This document shows, piece after piece, positions 1 to 48,045 of a stretch of DNA of 64,000 nt. Every line of letters starts with the position of its first letter. Positions within the stretch are counted from its first letter, which is position 1. A program made the position numbers and the translations under genes. This DNA comes from Eledone cirrhosa (lineage: Eukaryota), in the NCBI GenBank assembly GCA_964016885.1, contig OZ024741.1, forward strand, positions 39,060,001 to 39,124,000, in the 5' to 3' direction. The notes beneath the pieces were generated by a model, which saw only the letters and a list, made by a program, of their open reading frames with translations, searched no databases and was not told where the DNA came from.

Positions 1-580
1 GTTCACTTTGCTGCACTGGGTCGTTGCTGGCCCGGGATGGAAACCTTTATTGTTTATTTCGTGGTAGTCTCTTTAGTATTTTGGCCCCTTTTGTTGACCC
101 GTCACCGTATCATTTACGTACTTATACCTCTTAAAAGGGTCTTTGCCTATTTCGTCCCACCTAGTTCTTTTACTTATTTCGTTATTTCTTTATTTATTTA
201 TTTCTTTACTTCTTTCTTTCTTTATTTATTTTATTCTAGCCTAACAATAGCCTGACACCTAGGTCGTAGAATTTAATTTACTTTACTTTTTTCTTTACAC
301 TTATTTGCTTTTCTTCACTCTCAGTATTTTTTCCTTCCTATATTTCTACCCCCCATTGTTCTACCTACCGTTCCGACTTCCTCCCCCTCCCCCCCCCCTC
401 CCCTGTATCTTCTTTGACCTCATGCCCAGCTGTAGCTGGCACTACCAACGCTTGATTGGGTCTACTCCACCCCCTCCCCTTTTTCTCCTACTGGCAGGTT
501 TAGCCACCATCTCCCCTACTAATTTGCAACCACAGAATTACTACTGATTTTTGACAATCACTTTGACCATATATGGAATT

Positions 581-674
581 ACCCCTTGAGAAGATCGGCT
601 ATTTAAATACCAGGATAAATTTTCATTTAGTCCAGAATTAGCCGTCGAAACGGCTTGAGCTCAGCTGTCGGGGT
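581..674 (+). ncRNA. Degenerate hammerhead with full-length stem III
   Basis: ACCCC-ttgagaa-GAtCGGCTA...TAGCCGTC-GAAACGGCT(tgagctc)AGCTGTC-GGGGT; CUGANGA box mutated. Confidence 0.55.
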
Positions 675-684
675 CTTACTGGTT

Positions 685-2344
<1,660 letters not shown>

Positions 2345-2369
2345 GTATATGATATATATATATATATAT

Positions 2370-2541
2370 AACAAAGGAATTGTGGTAAGGAACCAGATGG
2401 ACCATAACGCACCAGAGTACTCAATACTTAGGGTAGTAGAGTGGGTAATACGAGAAAGTATGACCGCGACAGCAGAGCTCAAGCCGTGTCGACCATATAG
2501 GTCAAAACAGCTTGAGCTCTGCCGTCGGGGTCATACTTTCT

Positions 2542-2545
<4 letters not shown>
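2370..2545. repeat. Short hairpin element (family also at 4045-4220, 28771-28960, 640-690, 48900-48950)
   Basis: gagaaagtatgacc...gaccatataggtc...ggtcatactttctc palindrome between (TA)n tracts. Confidence 0.8.
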
Positions 2546-2581
<36 letters not shown>

Positions 2582-3203
2582 TCCAATTATATTATTCTCC
2601 TAGATTTAATAATTAACTAATTAATTTAATTAGACAATTCTGTCGATTGGTTAATTATTTATGTTTGTTTTATAACATCTGGTCGAGAGCTTATTCTGAT
2701 GATTAACGGGAATTAAAATATTTCCTTTGTCTAACATCTTGAATGACCCGCCAAAAACCGGGGGTTATTTCCCTTGCTGGAATTAACACGTGACAGCTAT
2801 AGATACGATACGCCGCAACACAGCAGCAACATTTAGCCTATCACCCCGTCCTTTGTAGAACGAAAACCTATTGATAAAATGAATCCTCTGTTCGATCAAA
2901 AATACCTGGAGCTTGCCAGTCACGTAAGTCTGATATTTGATTTCGGATTCATAGAAACACTTTAAGCATATAATCGTTTGATTTGTCCAGGTGTATTTTT
3001 CTCCACCTGTTAGTTCTATCGTTACTTTGGTATGTTATTGTGGGTTAGCTTTTGCTTACCACAATGTTAGTTTTGTCAAGCTATTTAAACGTATGTTATT
3101 ACTCTAAGGACCTACCTTATCGAGTGCTTTGCTAACTCATCACCTCATAAGTAGGCCGAATTTGCTTGCAAACCGCCAGAGATTCGATTTTTACTAAATA
3201 TCC

Positions 3204-3286
<83 letters not shown>

Positions 3287-3384
3287 TTTACATATATATA
3301 TACATACACATACATATACGTGTTTTGCAACTGATCACTTTTTGGCTCAATGAAAAATTAATAAATTAAACAATCAGAGCTATA

Positions 3385-3948
3385 TATCATAAAACATGTC
3401 TATAGAATAACAAGATAAAATGTATACTATTTCCTCTCCCAATTAGCATAATTAACTATATAAAAAATCGAATAGACCAGGCTATACGAATGAGGCTTCT
3501 ATGAAGGAATCTCCAACAAATAACCAAAACTAGCGCTTATGAATTCTTGGGGCGATCGTTTTGGAAAATTTAATGTCTAGATATGAGCGAGCTTCCTGAA
3601 GAATCCGGCGCTCGAGTTTATATAATTATTACATAATTATTGGAAAACACAAAACACGGACGAAACCATGGTAGAGGTATTTAAATGTATTCTATTTTCT
3701 CCTAGTTTATTTTAAACCTAATTCTGCTTAGTTGACTGTATCTAGGCGATTACGCTGTCGAAATATTCGATAAATATCCCACTACGGCCGACGCGAAGCG
3801 CTAGTTTTGGTTATTTGTTGGAGATTCCTTCATAGAAGCCTCATTTGTATAGCCTGGTCTATTCGATTTTTTATATAGTTAATTATGCTAATTGGGAGAG
3901 GAAATAGTATATATTTTATCTTGTGATTCTATAGACATGTTTTATGAT
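3385..3948. mobile_element. Fold-back element, arms 3385-3538 / 3796-3948, hammerhead in spacer
   Basis: Near-perfect ~150-bp inverted repeat. Confidence 0.8.
3592..3677 (+). ncRNA. Type-I hammerhead ribozyme
   Basis: CTTC-CTGAAGA-aTCCG...CGGAc-GAAAC-CATG-GTA-GAGG; palindromic stem III ACCATGGT. Confidence 0.75.
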
Positions 3949-4044
<96 letters not shown>

Positions 4045-4045
<1 letters not shown>

Positions 4046-4215
4046 CGGGGGAGTTGTGGTAAGGAACCAAATGGACCATAACGCACCAGAGTACTCAATA
4101 CTTAGGGTGGTAGAGTGGGTATTAGGAGAAAGTATGACCCCGACGGCAGAGCTCAAGCCGTTTCGACCATATAGGTCAAAACAGTTTGAACTCTGCCGTC
4201 GGGGTCATACTTTCT

Positions 4216-4220
<5 letters not shown>
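4045..4220. repeat. Second copy of the short hairpin element
   Basis: Near-identical to 2370-2545, including the hairpin centre. Confidence 0.8.
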
Positions 4221-4249
<29 letters not shown>

Positions 4250-4599
4250 TAGTAATATTTACAAAACATGATTCATAACAGAGGTGTATGTAAAGCCATA
4301 TAGGATGTTTATGTATAATAAGAATACAAAAATCTCACTATAAATATTCAAGGTGTGATCATGTCACAACTATCTCAGTAACCGTGTTTGAAGGTCGCAC
4401 ACTTATTTCTAAGCTATTTTGTCAGTCGTCACAGATGTTTACTTGGTAACGTGACAAGAATAAACTACAGCTGATATAGTAACTTGCGTAAGAAACATCG
4501 GATGGCGATGCTCAGTTGTATATGGTGCCAGCTTGACTGGATGGGATTAATATACAGCAACACTAGCGTATATGGAGGTACTGACATAGCGTAGTTCAC

Positions 4600-4792
4600 C
4601 GTATATATGAAGGTATATATATGAAGGTATGTATATGAAGGTATATATATGAAGGTATATATGTGGAGGTATATATATATATATATATGAAGGTATATAT
4701 ATAGATATGAAGGTATATATGAAGGTATATATATGAAGGTATATGTATGAAGGTATATATCTATGAAGGTTTATATATGAAGGTATATATAA

Positions 4793-4849
<57 letters not shown>

Positions 4850-4920
4850 GGTATATATATACGAAGGGCTCTAACAGAGCGTAGTTCACAATAGAGGTAT
4901 ATATGAAAGTATATATATAT
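4600..4920. repeat. Minisatellite, ~14-bp unit (atatatgaaggtat)
   Basis: Tandem copies visible. Confidence 0.85.
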
Positions 4921-5477
4921 GTTTATTTAAAGTAAACATACACAAATCTGTTATGAATATTATATAGTATTTTGCGTATGAAACATCGGCTGGCGATGGT
5001 TATTTGCGTATAATGCATTGTGTGTGTGTGTGTGTGTGTGTATAGATATATGTTTCATTGTGTGTGTGTAGATATATGTTTCATTGTGTGTGTGTGTGTG
5101 AGTAGATATATGCATTATGTGTGTGTGTTGATATATGGGTCATTGTATGTGTGTGTGTATGTATGTGTGTGTGTGTGCGCGTGTGTGTGTATGCACGCGC
5201 GATAAAAATGTATAAAATATTAGACATAGCTCAAGGGAGACAACCTACAAAGATGTTGTTTTTTCAAAGAATTTTATAACCTAGTAGTTATAAGAGTTGC
5301 GTCCCTTCAGCTAAGGCGCTACATTTTGTGATCAATATCATTATTCGTTACATTTCCCCAGTAAACTAATCACTGGTTCATTACATTTTCAAAAGTGAGA
5401 GTGACAAGGTACTGTCTTGTCTGTACATCAAGTGTTGATCAAATACCATAAGCTAGTTTTTTCTAAAGCAACCGTTT

Positions 5478-5700
5478 ATATAATAATAATGAAATTATTG
5501 TATACAGTGCTCAGGTGCACTACAACTCATCAAAGGTGCATGTATAGTACATAGAATAATGTGCAAATATTAGGAAAGTGAACAGTGTACGAGTCATTAT
5601 ATACATGTGTGCGTGTGTATGGATGGAGGATACCAGGTGTAGTTTTGGCGAATTTCAAGAAGCATGGAGGTTTCGAAGGATGCAGTGTCTCGATGGTATG
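5478..5700 (-). mobile_element. 3' end fragment of the same CR1-like family
   Basis: Reverse complement resembles 40945-41290 (gagacactgcatcctt...tgagttgtagtgcacctg). Confidence 0.7.
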
Positions 5701-6678
5701 GGGGGAGGGGCATAATCCCGTCATACCTGATGGAGTCGTAGGGGCACCGTATTGACATATGGCAGTTTTGGGGGTCTTAAACCTGGAAGAACCCATCCCT
5801 TTCCAGGCCTGGGTACGGCAGATTTCTTCCAGAGAACGATAGAAAGTGAGAGAGCGAAGTGGTAATTTTTTCATTGACCTCGAAAATATGAAAGGCAGTA
5901 GTCTTATTTACCAAGTTCTAAAATAATTTATTCTGAAATGCATCGAAAATATAGAGAATACATTTTATTGAAGAAAAATATATAAATGTTTTGCTTTGTT
6001 TTTTTCTATTTATGATACAATTTGGCCCGTGCAAAGCTGGTAATACGCCCGGGTAAAATATAAAATGTTGTCTCCTGAGGCTCTTAATAGGCCTAAAAAG
6101 ATGTAAAATGTAGCCTTAACACCAAGCTTGTAATAGATCTACGCTAGAAGGACAACATGGACATCCTCAGAGCTGACTATGGACCCAGACCACATGAAAA
6201 ATGTACGCTCCCAAAACTAGTCATTGGCTTAACCTAGATGTTAAATTCCCCGCCGCCTTGCCGTCCCAAAGAAAAGCCCTCACACAACGTTGGAAATATG
6301 CCTAAACAACATGTGTAATGAATGTCTTCAGACAAAATCTGAAATGCAGATCGTCAAAGCTGGTAAGAAATCAGGGTGAAATTTGAAATGTAGTTCTCCC
6401 AGGGTTAGTAATAGGCTCAAGTCAGATGTAAAATGTAGACCCCCCCATTTCAAATTGCTCATTAATTATTCTAATAATCAAAGATAAATGTATATATGAT
6501 CGATGGATGTGTTACAGGTGCATAATCCTACATCTAATGTACATGATGTACTTGCAAGTTATAGAACAGCACAATAGAACTAGAACTTGAAGCGAGCAAG
6601 CTCTTTCAAATACGTAAGCCCACAGCATCTATGCAGGTGGTACCCACTCTGATTCTAGCCTGGATAAATTTGATACCA

Positions 6679-38793
<32,115 letters not shown>

Positions 38794-39030
38794 CTTTTAG
38801 GGGTTTTCAGAACGGTCACACCTGTGAATAAAAAGAAGAATGATCCGATGAAAGAACACGAAAACCAAGTGTGTGGGTCATGCAAACAATGGCTAAAGAC
38901 AGAAAAAATAAGATTTTTTCCTAATATTTTACTTCGGAAAACAAAACTTGTAATCTGCTAACATGTATTGAGTGCTGATTCTGTTAATGTTTGACCAATC
39001 TATACACGGGAGTGTTCTGTGTACATGTGT

Positions 39031-39200
39031 ATACGGGAGGGTACTGAAAAGTCACTGGGTTTGGGTAAAAGAAAATACAGGAGGATCAGTTAATTATGAG
39101 TTTATTCAACATACTCCCCTCTCAGATTCACACATTTATTGCAGCGGTTCTACCTCCCCTGTAAAGGTAACAGCTCCACCATTTCGTGAAATTCTTAAAG
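39031..39200 (+). mobile_element. Mariner-like terminal fragment
   Basis: tacgggagggtactgaaaagt...ttattcaacatactcccct resembles mariner ends. Confidence 0.5.
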
Positions 39201-39223
39201 CCAGGAATTTTTCACCACCCTCT

Positions 39224-39393
<170 letters not shown>

Positions 39394-39472
39394 TCTGTGT
39401 GTGTTTGTGTGTGTGTGTGTGTGTGTGTATACATATATATACAGAAGAGAGTGTTCTGTGTACACGTGTGTT

Positions 39473-39519
<47 letters not shown>

Positions 39520-39594
39520 CTGTATATATACATTCATATCAGTTCTTCATGCATCCTCTCTAAGCTTTTCTTCAATCGCAGTTTAAAGACTTAC

Positions 39595-39700
39595 CAGTCA
39601 AAATCCGACAACAGATTCTATACGAAGCAGTAACACGTGTAAGAAATTTCAGCAATAATCAACAAAATAACACCCGTTAGACTAACAAAGGGGGACAACT
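39595..39700 (-). other. Possible non-coding 5' UTR exon of SDS (5' boundary uncertain)
   Basis: Strong donor CTG|gtaagt at 39595 in non-repetitive sequence upstream of the 38821 acceptor; no in-frame ATG seen. Confidence 0.35.
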
Positions 39701-39980
39701 CCTACCTCTCTTATTTCATTAAAGCAGTTGGTAACTATGTCACTATGGTGGCGGGGTGGTGATGGTGATTGTATTTGGGTTGAATATGTCAGGTCATCCT
39801 TGTTGTTGTTATTGTAGTTGCTGTTGTACAGAAGAAGGTATGTGTGAATGGGGTTGACATTTATCTCTCAGCTGTGCTGACAAACAATCAGCTAGACAGA
39901 CATACTTATATACATACATACATACATACATACATACATACATACATACATACATACATACATACATACATACATACATA

Positions 39981-41290
39981 CTCTTTGCAATGGGTGTGAG
40001 GGATGATCTTTTTGACTGGTTGAAATCCTTCATTCTCAGCCGAAAAGAAGTAGTCACGGTTCTAGGACAGCATTCTTCACCATATGAGATGTCATCTGGT
40101 GTACCACAGGGATCTGTTCTTGGTCCCCTTTTGTTTGTGGCATATATTAATGACATAGATGCCAACTTACAGAATGCCACGGTACTGAAATATGCAGATG
40201 ACATCAAGCTGTACCTTGAAATCAAAAGGACTGATCCTGAAATCTACAACTCTTTCCTACAATCAGACCTGGACACAATGCAGCAATGGATCACAGACTG
40301 GCAACTGAAGCTGGCTGTGGACAAGTGTACCACCATGCATTTTGAGAGGAAAAATCCAGCGTCCACATACTCCCTCCACAACACTGATATCAAGAAGTCC
40401 TCTTGTAAACGTGACCTGGGCATTACTGTCAGCAGCGATTTGCGTTGGACAAAGCATGTCTCTAAGATTGTCAAGAAGGCCGAGGGTGTCTTGGCATCAC
40501 TCAGCAAGACCTTTGTTAGCCGCTCTCCAGCCATCTATTTAAAACTGTATACAGCTATGGTACGACCACACTTGGAATTCGCACCATCAGTCTGGAACCC
40601 CTATCTTGCTCAAAACATTGACCTCCTGGAAACTGTTCAGAGACGTGCAACCAAGCGCATACCCTCCATCAGACACCTACCATACTCTGAACGCCTTGCT
40701 TCCCTGGGCATGGATTCATTGAAGCTCCGACGTCTGGCAATGGACTTGGTGAATACCCACAAAGTTATTAACCATTCTCGCCAATTGCAACCCTGAGCAC
40801 CTTTTTGATCTCCATGTGTCTAACACACGTGGACATGCCTACAAAATCAGAAAACAGCACAGCTCCCATGACTTTCGTAGACATTTTTTCACGCTCAGAG
40901 TTGCTGAAGCATGGAACAAACTGCCTGCGTCAGTTGTTAGCTGCCGAGACACTGCATCCTTTAAGACACTCATGCTTCCCGAAATACGCCAAAACTACAT
41001 CTGATGTACCCCTTCCATACACATGCACATGACTCGTGCACTGTTCATTTACGTGATGTTTGTGCATTGCCCTATATACTGCACATGCACTTTTTGATGA
41101 GTTGTGGTGCACCTGGGCACTCTACACAATATTTCATTATTATTGTTATTGTTATTATTATATCATGACTCATACACTGTTCATTTTCCTGACATTTGTA
41201 CATTATTCTATGTACTATACATGCACCTTTGATGAGTTGTAGTGCACCTGGGCACTGTACACAATAATTTCATTATTATTATTATTATAC
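39981..41290 (+). mobile_element. 5'-truncated CR1/L2-group LINE with duplicated 3' end
   Basis: SGVPQGSVLGPLLF, KYADDIK, RDLGI, VRPHLEFAPSVWNPY, TRGHAYK; (TAT)n tail. Confidence 0.9.
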
Positions 41291-42252
41291 ATAAAAACTC
41301 TGGTACAAACACTACACTTGTGACAATTATTGACACAGTGCTGGGCCCATGGTACCATGTGACGACAAGTGCAGAGAGATCTCCAGATATAAAGCAATGC
41401 CTGTGCCGTGAAGTTTTTATAGTGAGCAAAGGCACTGCACAAAGCCAGTCCCACTCTCTTAACCAAGATGATATATACCAAAAAGAAGAACAAGTCAACA
41501 TCATTGGATACCATCAGGGTTGCAGGTGTTATATAGAGTTTTCCTTCTCCTAGAATTCTACCTTGACAGGAGTAAGGAGTCATCTCTCTCGGTGATTTTG
41601 GATGGCCATTGACTCTTAAGAGCTCCTTTGCCCTTTGACAGGTTTTGTTTTTAGTCCTGCAGGATGTCCAAAGTCACCTTCCTCACCAAGAAACCTTGGT
41701 GGAGTTGCCAGTTTAGTCGCCAACGACCCGACCATGGGACAGGTTGTACTGGGATACATGTTACCAGTAGCACCAACTGGTGACCTGACATACATACATA
41801 CATGGTGGCTGCCAACTCGTTTTCAAGTAGGGCCACTACTCTATATCCATGTAGGAGAACCCCTACCGATGCGCTGAACGAGTGTGACTTTTTAGTCCAG
41901 CCAGCGACTTGAAAACTCTGGTACAAACACTACACTTGTGACAATTATTGACACATAGTGCTGGGCCCATGGTACCATGTGACGACAAGTGCAGAGAGAT
42001 CTCCAGATATAAAGTAATGCCTGTGCCGTGAAGCTTTTATAGTGAGCAAAGGCACTGCACAAAGCCAGTCCCACTCTCTTAACCAAGATGATATTTACCA
42101 AAAAGAAGAACAATTCAACATCATTGGATACCATCAGGGTTGCAGGTGTTATATCAGAGTTTTCCTTCTCCTAGAATTCTGCCTTGACAAAGGCTAAGGG
42201 GTCATACATACATACATACATACATACATACATACATACATACATACATACA

Positions 42253-42283
<31 letters not shown>

Positions 42284-43119
42284 TTATGTACATACATACA
42301 TACATACATACGTACGTACATACATACATTCATAATGTATATACATATGTACATGCGTACATAAATTAACATGTATACACACATACATACTTACATAATA
42401 TACATCCCCCTATGAGTAAATAAATAAACACATACATGCATACATACATGCATACATACATGCATACGTAATATATATATAAATAATATATCATACATAC
42501 ACACATACATTCTTACATGACATACGAATCGCTATATATATATAAATACATACATTTATACATGCATCAATGCATACATACATGCATAGATACACACATA
42601 CAAACATATATACATATATGCATGCATACATACATAACATACATACATCCATACATACATGCATACATACACACATGCATACATATATGCACACGTACAT
42701 GGATGAAAACATACATAACATACATCCAGAGACATCTAGAAAGACACACAGACATATAGATAGATAAATAGGAAGATAGACATGAGAGAGAGGGGAGGAG
42801 AAAGAGAAAGAAATAGAAAGATAAATAGAGAGAGGGAGTGGGAGCGAATGAGACAGACTGAGAGAGTGAGACACAGATAGAGGTGACAGATAGAGGGAGG
42901 TGTGAGTGACAGAGGTAGATAAGCACATATGATGCGGGGTGGCGTGAGCTTTATACAGTGAATAATAGGGTGAAACATTGAAGCAGGAATCTATGTCAAG
43001 TGCATAGGGAACGATATAATATGGCCGACTTGTTTAACGTACCACGTGATCACAAGAGACATCTTTCTTGTTTATTTTTCTATTTTATTTCAAACGACGG
43101 GGTTGAAGGTCACCATTAA

Positions 43120-43651
43120 ATACTGATATATATATGTGTGTCTATGTATAAGGTCGATATTAAACAGATATATATGTGTCTATGTATAAGGTCGATTTTC
43201 AACGGATATATATATGTATCTATGTATAAGGTCGATATTAAACAGATATATATATATGTCTATGTATAAGGTCGATATTAAACATATATATATATATATA
43301 TATATGTCTATGTATAAGTCAGCTCGATATTAAACAGATATATATGTCTATGTATAAGGTCGATATCAAAGACTGATATATATATATATATATACATGTA
43401 AAGTTATATTTAAAATTGTTGGGTTACAACTAGTATATATTTATAACTGATATAAAAGCACTCGACTGCTAGAGTAAACCTCTTCAAATGAAGTTGATGT
43501 TTATTACGGTATGTCGAATATATTTATCTATAAAACTGTTTATATTGTATTTTGTCTGATGAAGGCATAGCATATTGTTAATATGATATCCCCGAAATAT
43601 ATATAATGAAATAGATATGGTTTTATAAATATAGTTTTCCATTTATTTAAT

Positions 43652-43713
<62 letters not shown>

Positions 43714-43726
43714 CGATATTAAACAG

Positions 43727-43757
<31 letters not shown>

Positions 43758-43985
43758 TATGTATAAGGTCGATATTAAACAGATATATATATATGTATCT
43801 ATGTATAAGGTTGATATTAAACAGATATATATATTTGTCTATGTATAAGGTCGATATTAAACAGATATATATATATATGTGTCTAAGTATAATATCGATA
43901 TTAAACAGGTATATATATGTCTATGTATAAGGTCGATATTAAACAGATATATATTTATGTCTATGTATAAGGTCGATATTAAAGA

Positions 43986-44051
<66 letters not shown>

Positions 44052-44350
44052 TATGTATAAGGTCGATATTAAAGACTGATATATATATATGTCTATGTAT
44101 AAGGTCGATATTAAAGACTGATATATATATATATATATATATATGTCTATGTATAAGGTCGATATTAAACAGATATATATATGTCTATGTATGAGGTCGA
44201 TATTAAAGACTGATATATATATATGTGTCTATGTATAAGGTCGATATTAAAGACTGCTATATATATATATATATGTCTATGTATAAGGTCGATATTAAAC
44301 AGATATATATATATATGTCTATGTATGAGGTCGATATTAAAGACTGCTAT
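43120..44350. repeat. Minisatellite tgtctatgtataaggtcgatattaaa(ga)c(t/a)ga(ta)n, interrupted by a pLTR fragment
   Basis: Many tandem units with a variable internal (TA)n. Confidence 0.9.
43551..43610 (+). ncRNA. Hammerhead in solo pLTR fragment (43390-43660) related to 15550-15670
   Basis: TTTGT-CTGATGA-agg..CATATT(gtt)AATATG..ccc-GAAA-TATATATA-ATGAA, followed by the same atatggttttataaa tail. Confidence 0.6.
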
Positions 44351-44505
44351 ATCTATCTATCTAGGCAGTGAATTGGCAGCATGGTTAGAACGTTGCGGTT
44401 CTTTCTTTGCTTCATGAGTTTAAATCCCACTGAGGTAAACTTTGCATTTCATCCATTCAAGGTCGATAAAAATAGTATTAGTACTGGAGTCTATTCTTCT
44501 ACTAT

Positions 44506-44564
<59 letters not shown>

Positions 44565-45074
44565 AAGAAATCTTCTGTATTCAGACCAGGAGAGGATTGG
44601 GTTTAAATATGCACTAGAAACGTTATATGTTAATACGCCATCTCTACGACTCCCTCGGGTGTTACGAGACCATGCATGCATGAATACATATCTATATATA
44701 AGGCAATATAAGACTGATAAACATGATTATAAATCAGGTCCTTATTAATGACTGGTATCTTCTTGTGACGCTAAAATCCGCCAGTTGCAGACTGCGCATC
44801 AACATGAGATATTTTTCTCCACAAAGTTCGATCACCAGCAGCAGAGTTTAAAGAGCAAAAATCAAGTCCATCAAGTTGACATTATCAAGCCATCGTATTG
44901 GCTGCCGGCCTCTGCTTCTCTTACCAGACAACCTTCCTTCCAGGCATAATCTACTCACACCACGAGTTGATCTTTTTATATGACAGTATAGTTTGTGTAC
45001 TCTTGACTTGACAATTTATGTAATTGGTTCAAGTTTGGTAATGTTGAGCTGCTCTCTGATACAGGTATGGTAAA

Positions 45075-45343
45075 ATACTATCAAATCTTAGCTATGCAGA
45101 CGATCTGGTCATCATGAGTTACTCTAGAACTGATCTGCAAGACTTTCTGAATGTACTGGCCAAACATTCGATGGAGGCTGGCTTACACATCAACATCTCC
45201 AAAACAAAATGTATGACAGCTGATAAGAACATTGCCAATCTCCAACTCACAATCTACAACCAGCAAATTTCTCAAGTTACAGAATGTGTATATCTCAGTC
45301 ACAAACTATCATCAAACAGCAATGGAATGGTTGCTGCACAGTA
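45075..45343 (+). mobile_element. RTE-like RT fragment
   Basis: LSYADDLV..GLHINISKTKCM. Confidence 0.7.
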
Positions 45344-46145
45344 AAGACTGATATACATGGCTATAAATAAGGTCGATATATAAGACCGATATACATGTCT
45401 ATAAATAAAGTCGATATATAAGACTGATATACATGTCTATAAATAAGGTCGATATATATACATGGCTGTCTATAAGGTAGATATATTAACACTGATATAC
45501 ATGGCTATAAATATGGTAGATATATTAACACTGATATACATGGCTATAAACAAGGTCGATGTATAAGACTGATATACATGGCTATATATAAGATCGATAT
45601 GTAAGACTGATATACATGGCTATATATAAGGTCGATATATAAGACTAATATACATGGCTATAAATAAGGTCGATATATAAGACTAATATACATGGCTATA
45701 AATAAGGTCGATATATAAGACTGATATACATGGCTATAAATAAGGTAGATATATAAGACTGATATACATGGCTATAAATAAGGTCGATATATAAGACTGA
45801 TATACATGGCTATAAATAAGGTAGATATATAAGACTGATATACATGGCTATAAATAAGGTAGATATATAAGACTGATATACATGGCTATAAATAAGGTAG
45901 ATATATAAGACTGATATACATGGCTATAAATAAGGTAGATATATAAGACTGATATACATGGCTATAAATAAGGTAGATATATAAGACTGATATACATGGC
46001 TATAAATAAGGTAGATATATAAGACTGATATACATGGCTATAAATAAGGTAGATATATAAGACTGATATACATGGCTATAAATAAGGTCGATATATAAGA
46101 CTGATATACATGGCTATAAATAAGGTAGATATATAAGACTAATCT
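45343..46145. repeat. 38-bp minisatellite
   Basis: aagactgatatacatggctataaataaggt(a/c)gatatat, ~21 copies. Confidence 0.92.
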
Positions 46146-46332
46146 ACATGTAGAATTATAGATTAGGAATATTTAATGAAAATGGTGAAGCTTCTTTACA
46201 TTAAAGAGAGTGTTATGGAGACGGAGAGAACTACATTGTCTATTAAAATCTAGGTCAAAGGTTATATACACGTCTACACAGGATATTATAAAGTCCTTTA
46301 TACATACATACATACATACATACATACATACA

Positions 46333-46360
<28 letters not shown>

Positions 46361-46364
<4 letters not shown>

Positions 46365-48045
46365 AGATATAGGAATGGAGTTGGTCAAGATAAATGCTCA
46401 TATATGACTGTAAAGCGGGGAAAACAACAACCCAATCTAGCAATATTGTCATCAATGGCCTAACTGTTTCACCGATATCTGATGAGGACTGCTACAGATA
46501 CCTGGGGATAGATGAGAACATATCCTATAATGGTATCTGTAATAAGGAACGCGTAACCAGGGAATACTACACCCGATTAAGAAAGATTTGGTCATCGGAA
46601 CTCTCTGTGCAAAACAAAACAGTGGCTAACAATGTATTTACTGTGCCTGTCCTAACACCAACGTTTGGAATACTCAATTGGACGATAGACGAAATCCGAG
46701 CAGTTGATGTTGGAACACGAAAAATACTAAACAACACCGGAAACTTCCACATTAAGGGTGACATAGACCGCGTTTACTTGAAACGTAAGCAGGGAGGCAG
46801 AGGTCTAACATCAGTCCAGACAGCATTTGAATGTCGCATCATATCTCACCGACAACATCTACGAACCTCGAAGCGTAGGAGCTCGTCTCTCGAACAAGTC
46901 TATCTGCATGAAACAGATAAGATCATGAGAGTTGGGAAGGAACTCCTCGAGAAATATTCCCTGTGTGATAATAAAAAATCTCACACCCAGGGAAATCGCA
47001 GTGAATCCATGAATGAAAGACTGCATGCTTATCAGCAAAAAATTATGCATGGATATGTCGCCAGGAAGCTCCAGAGTGAGAGTAATATAGATAAGGAAAG
47101 TAGTCTATCTTGGACCAACACCCGCTATATTGGCTCCCACTTTGAACGATACGCTTTTGAAATCCAAGAACAGGAAATTAACACGAAATACCTGATTCAC
47201 AAAAGAGATAGGGATGCAGGCAAAACACCTAGATGTGATGATAAGTGCAGACGCTGCAGAACTAACATCGAAGATATCACTCATGTCATCATCAGCTGTC
47301 CAAATATGTCATCGCAGTACTATCTACCTATGACGCATGATGTAGGGGCCAAAACACTGTACAATGCAATCCGTAAAAAAGATAGCCCCGATAATAAACA
47401 CATTAATGTGGAAGACATCCATGTACATAATATGAAAGAGTACTGGTGGAATGTTCCAGTAAAAACCCCAATAAAAATGCAGGCATAACAGACCAGATAT
47501 TATGATATGGGACAGGGAGAAGAAAGCATGCACAGTAGTGGAAATTAGCTGCCCAGCAGATGCCAATATAATATCAAAGATTAGCGAAAAGGAGAATATT
47601 TATGCAGAACTGATGAGAAATCTGCAGATACTCCACCCTGATTACACCTTCAGATTTATGCCTGTGATTATTGGGGCACTGTGGTATGTTAGTAACTGCC
47701 TTAATACAAATCTTGAGAAGCTAGGCTTCACAGGAACAGAAAGAACACAACTAGTTAGGAAATTACAAGTACAATCTATTAATGGAACAGTAAAAATATG
47801 TAAAACATTCCAAAAATGTTGCATCTAATAACTGCATATACACATGTACAGATAAAAAGCATATACACATGCACAGATTCAACTCAAAACATCCACATTC
47901 ACACATACAATAACATCCATATCTACACATGCATGCATGCATAATCTACCTAGTTGATGTTGTAAATTCCAATGAGTCTATGTTAGAAACCGACTCTCTC
48001 TCTCTATTGGGTAAAGATTTTGTGAAATTATAAAACCAGAAGAAC
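46361..48045 (+). mobile_element. 5'-truncated R4/Dong-like (RLE endonuclease) non-LTR retrotransposon
   Basis: YRYLGI, RVYLKRKQGGRGL, IQEQEI, CCHC knuckle CRRC..EDITHVIISC, then after a frameshift RPDIMIWD..VEISCP (PD-D/ExK-type); (TACA)n on both flanks. Confidence 0.88.
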
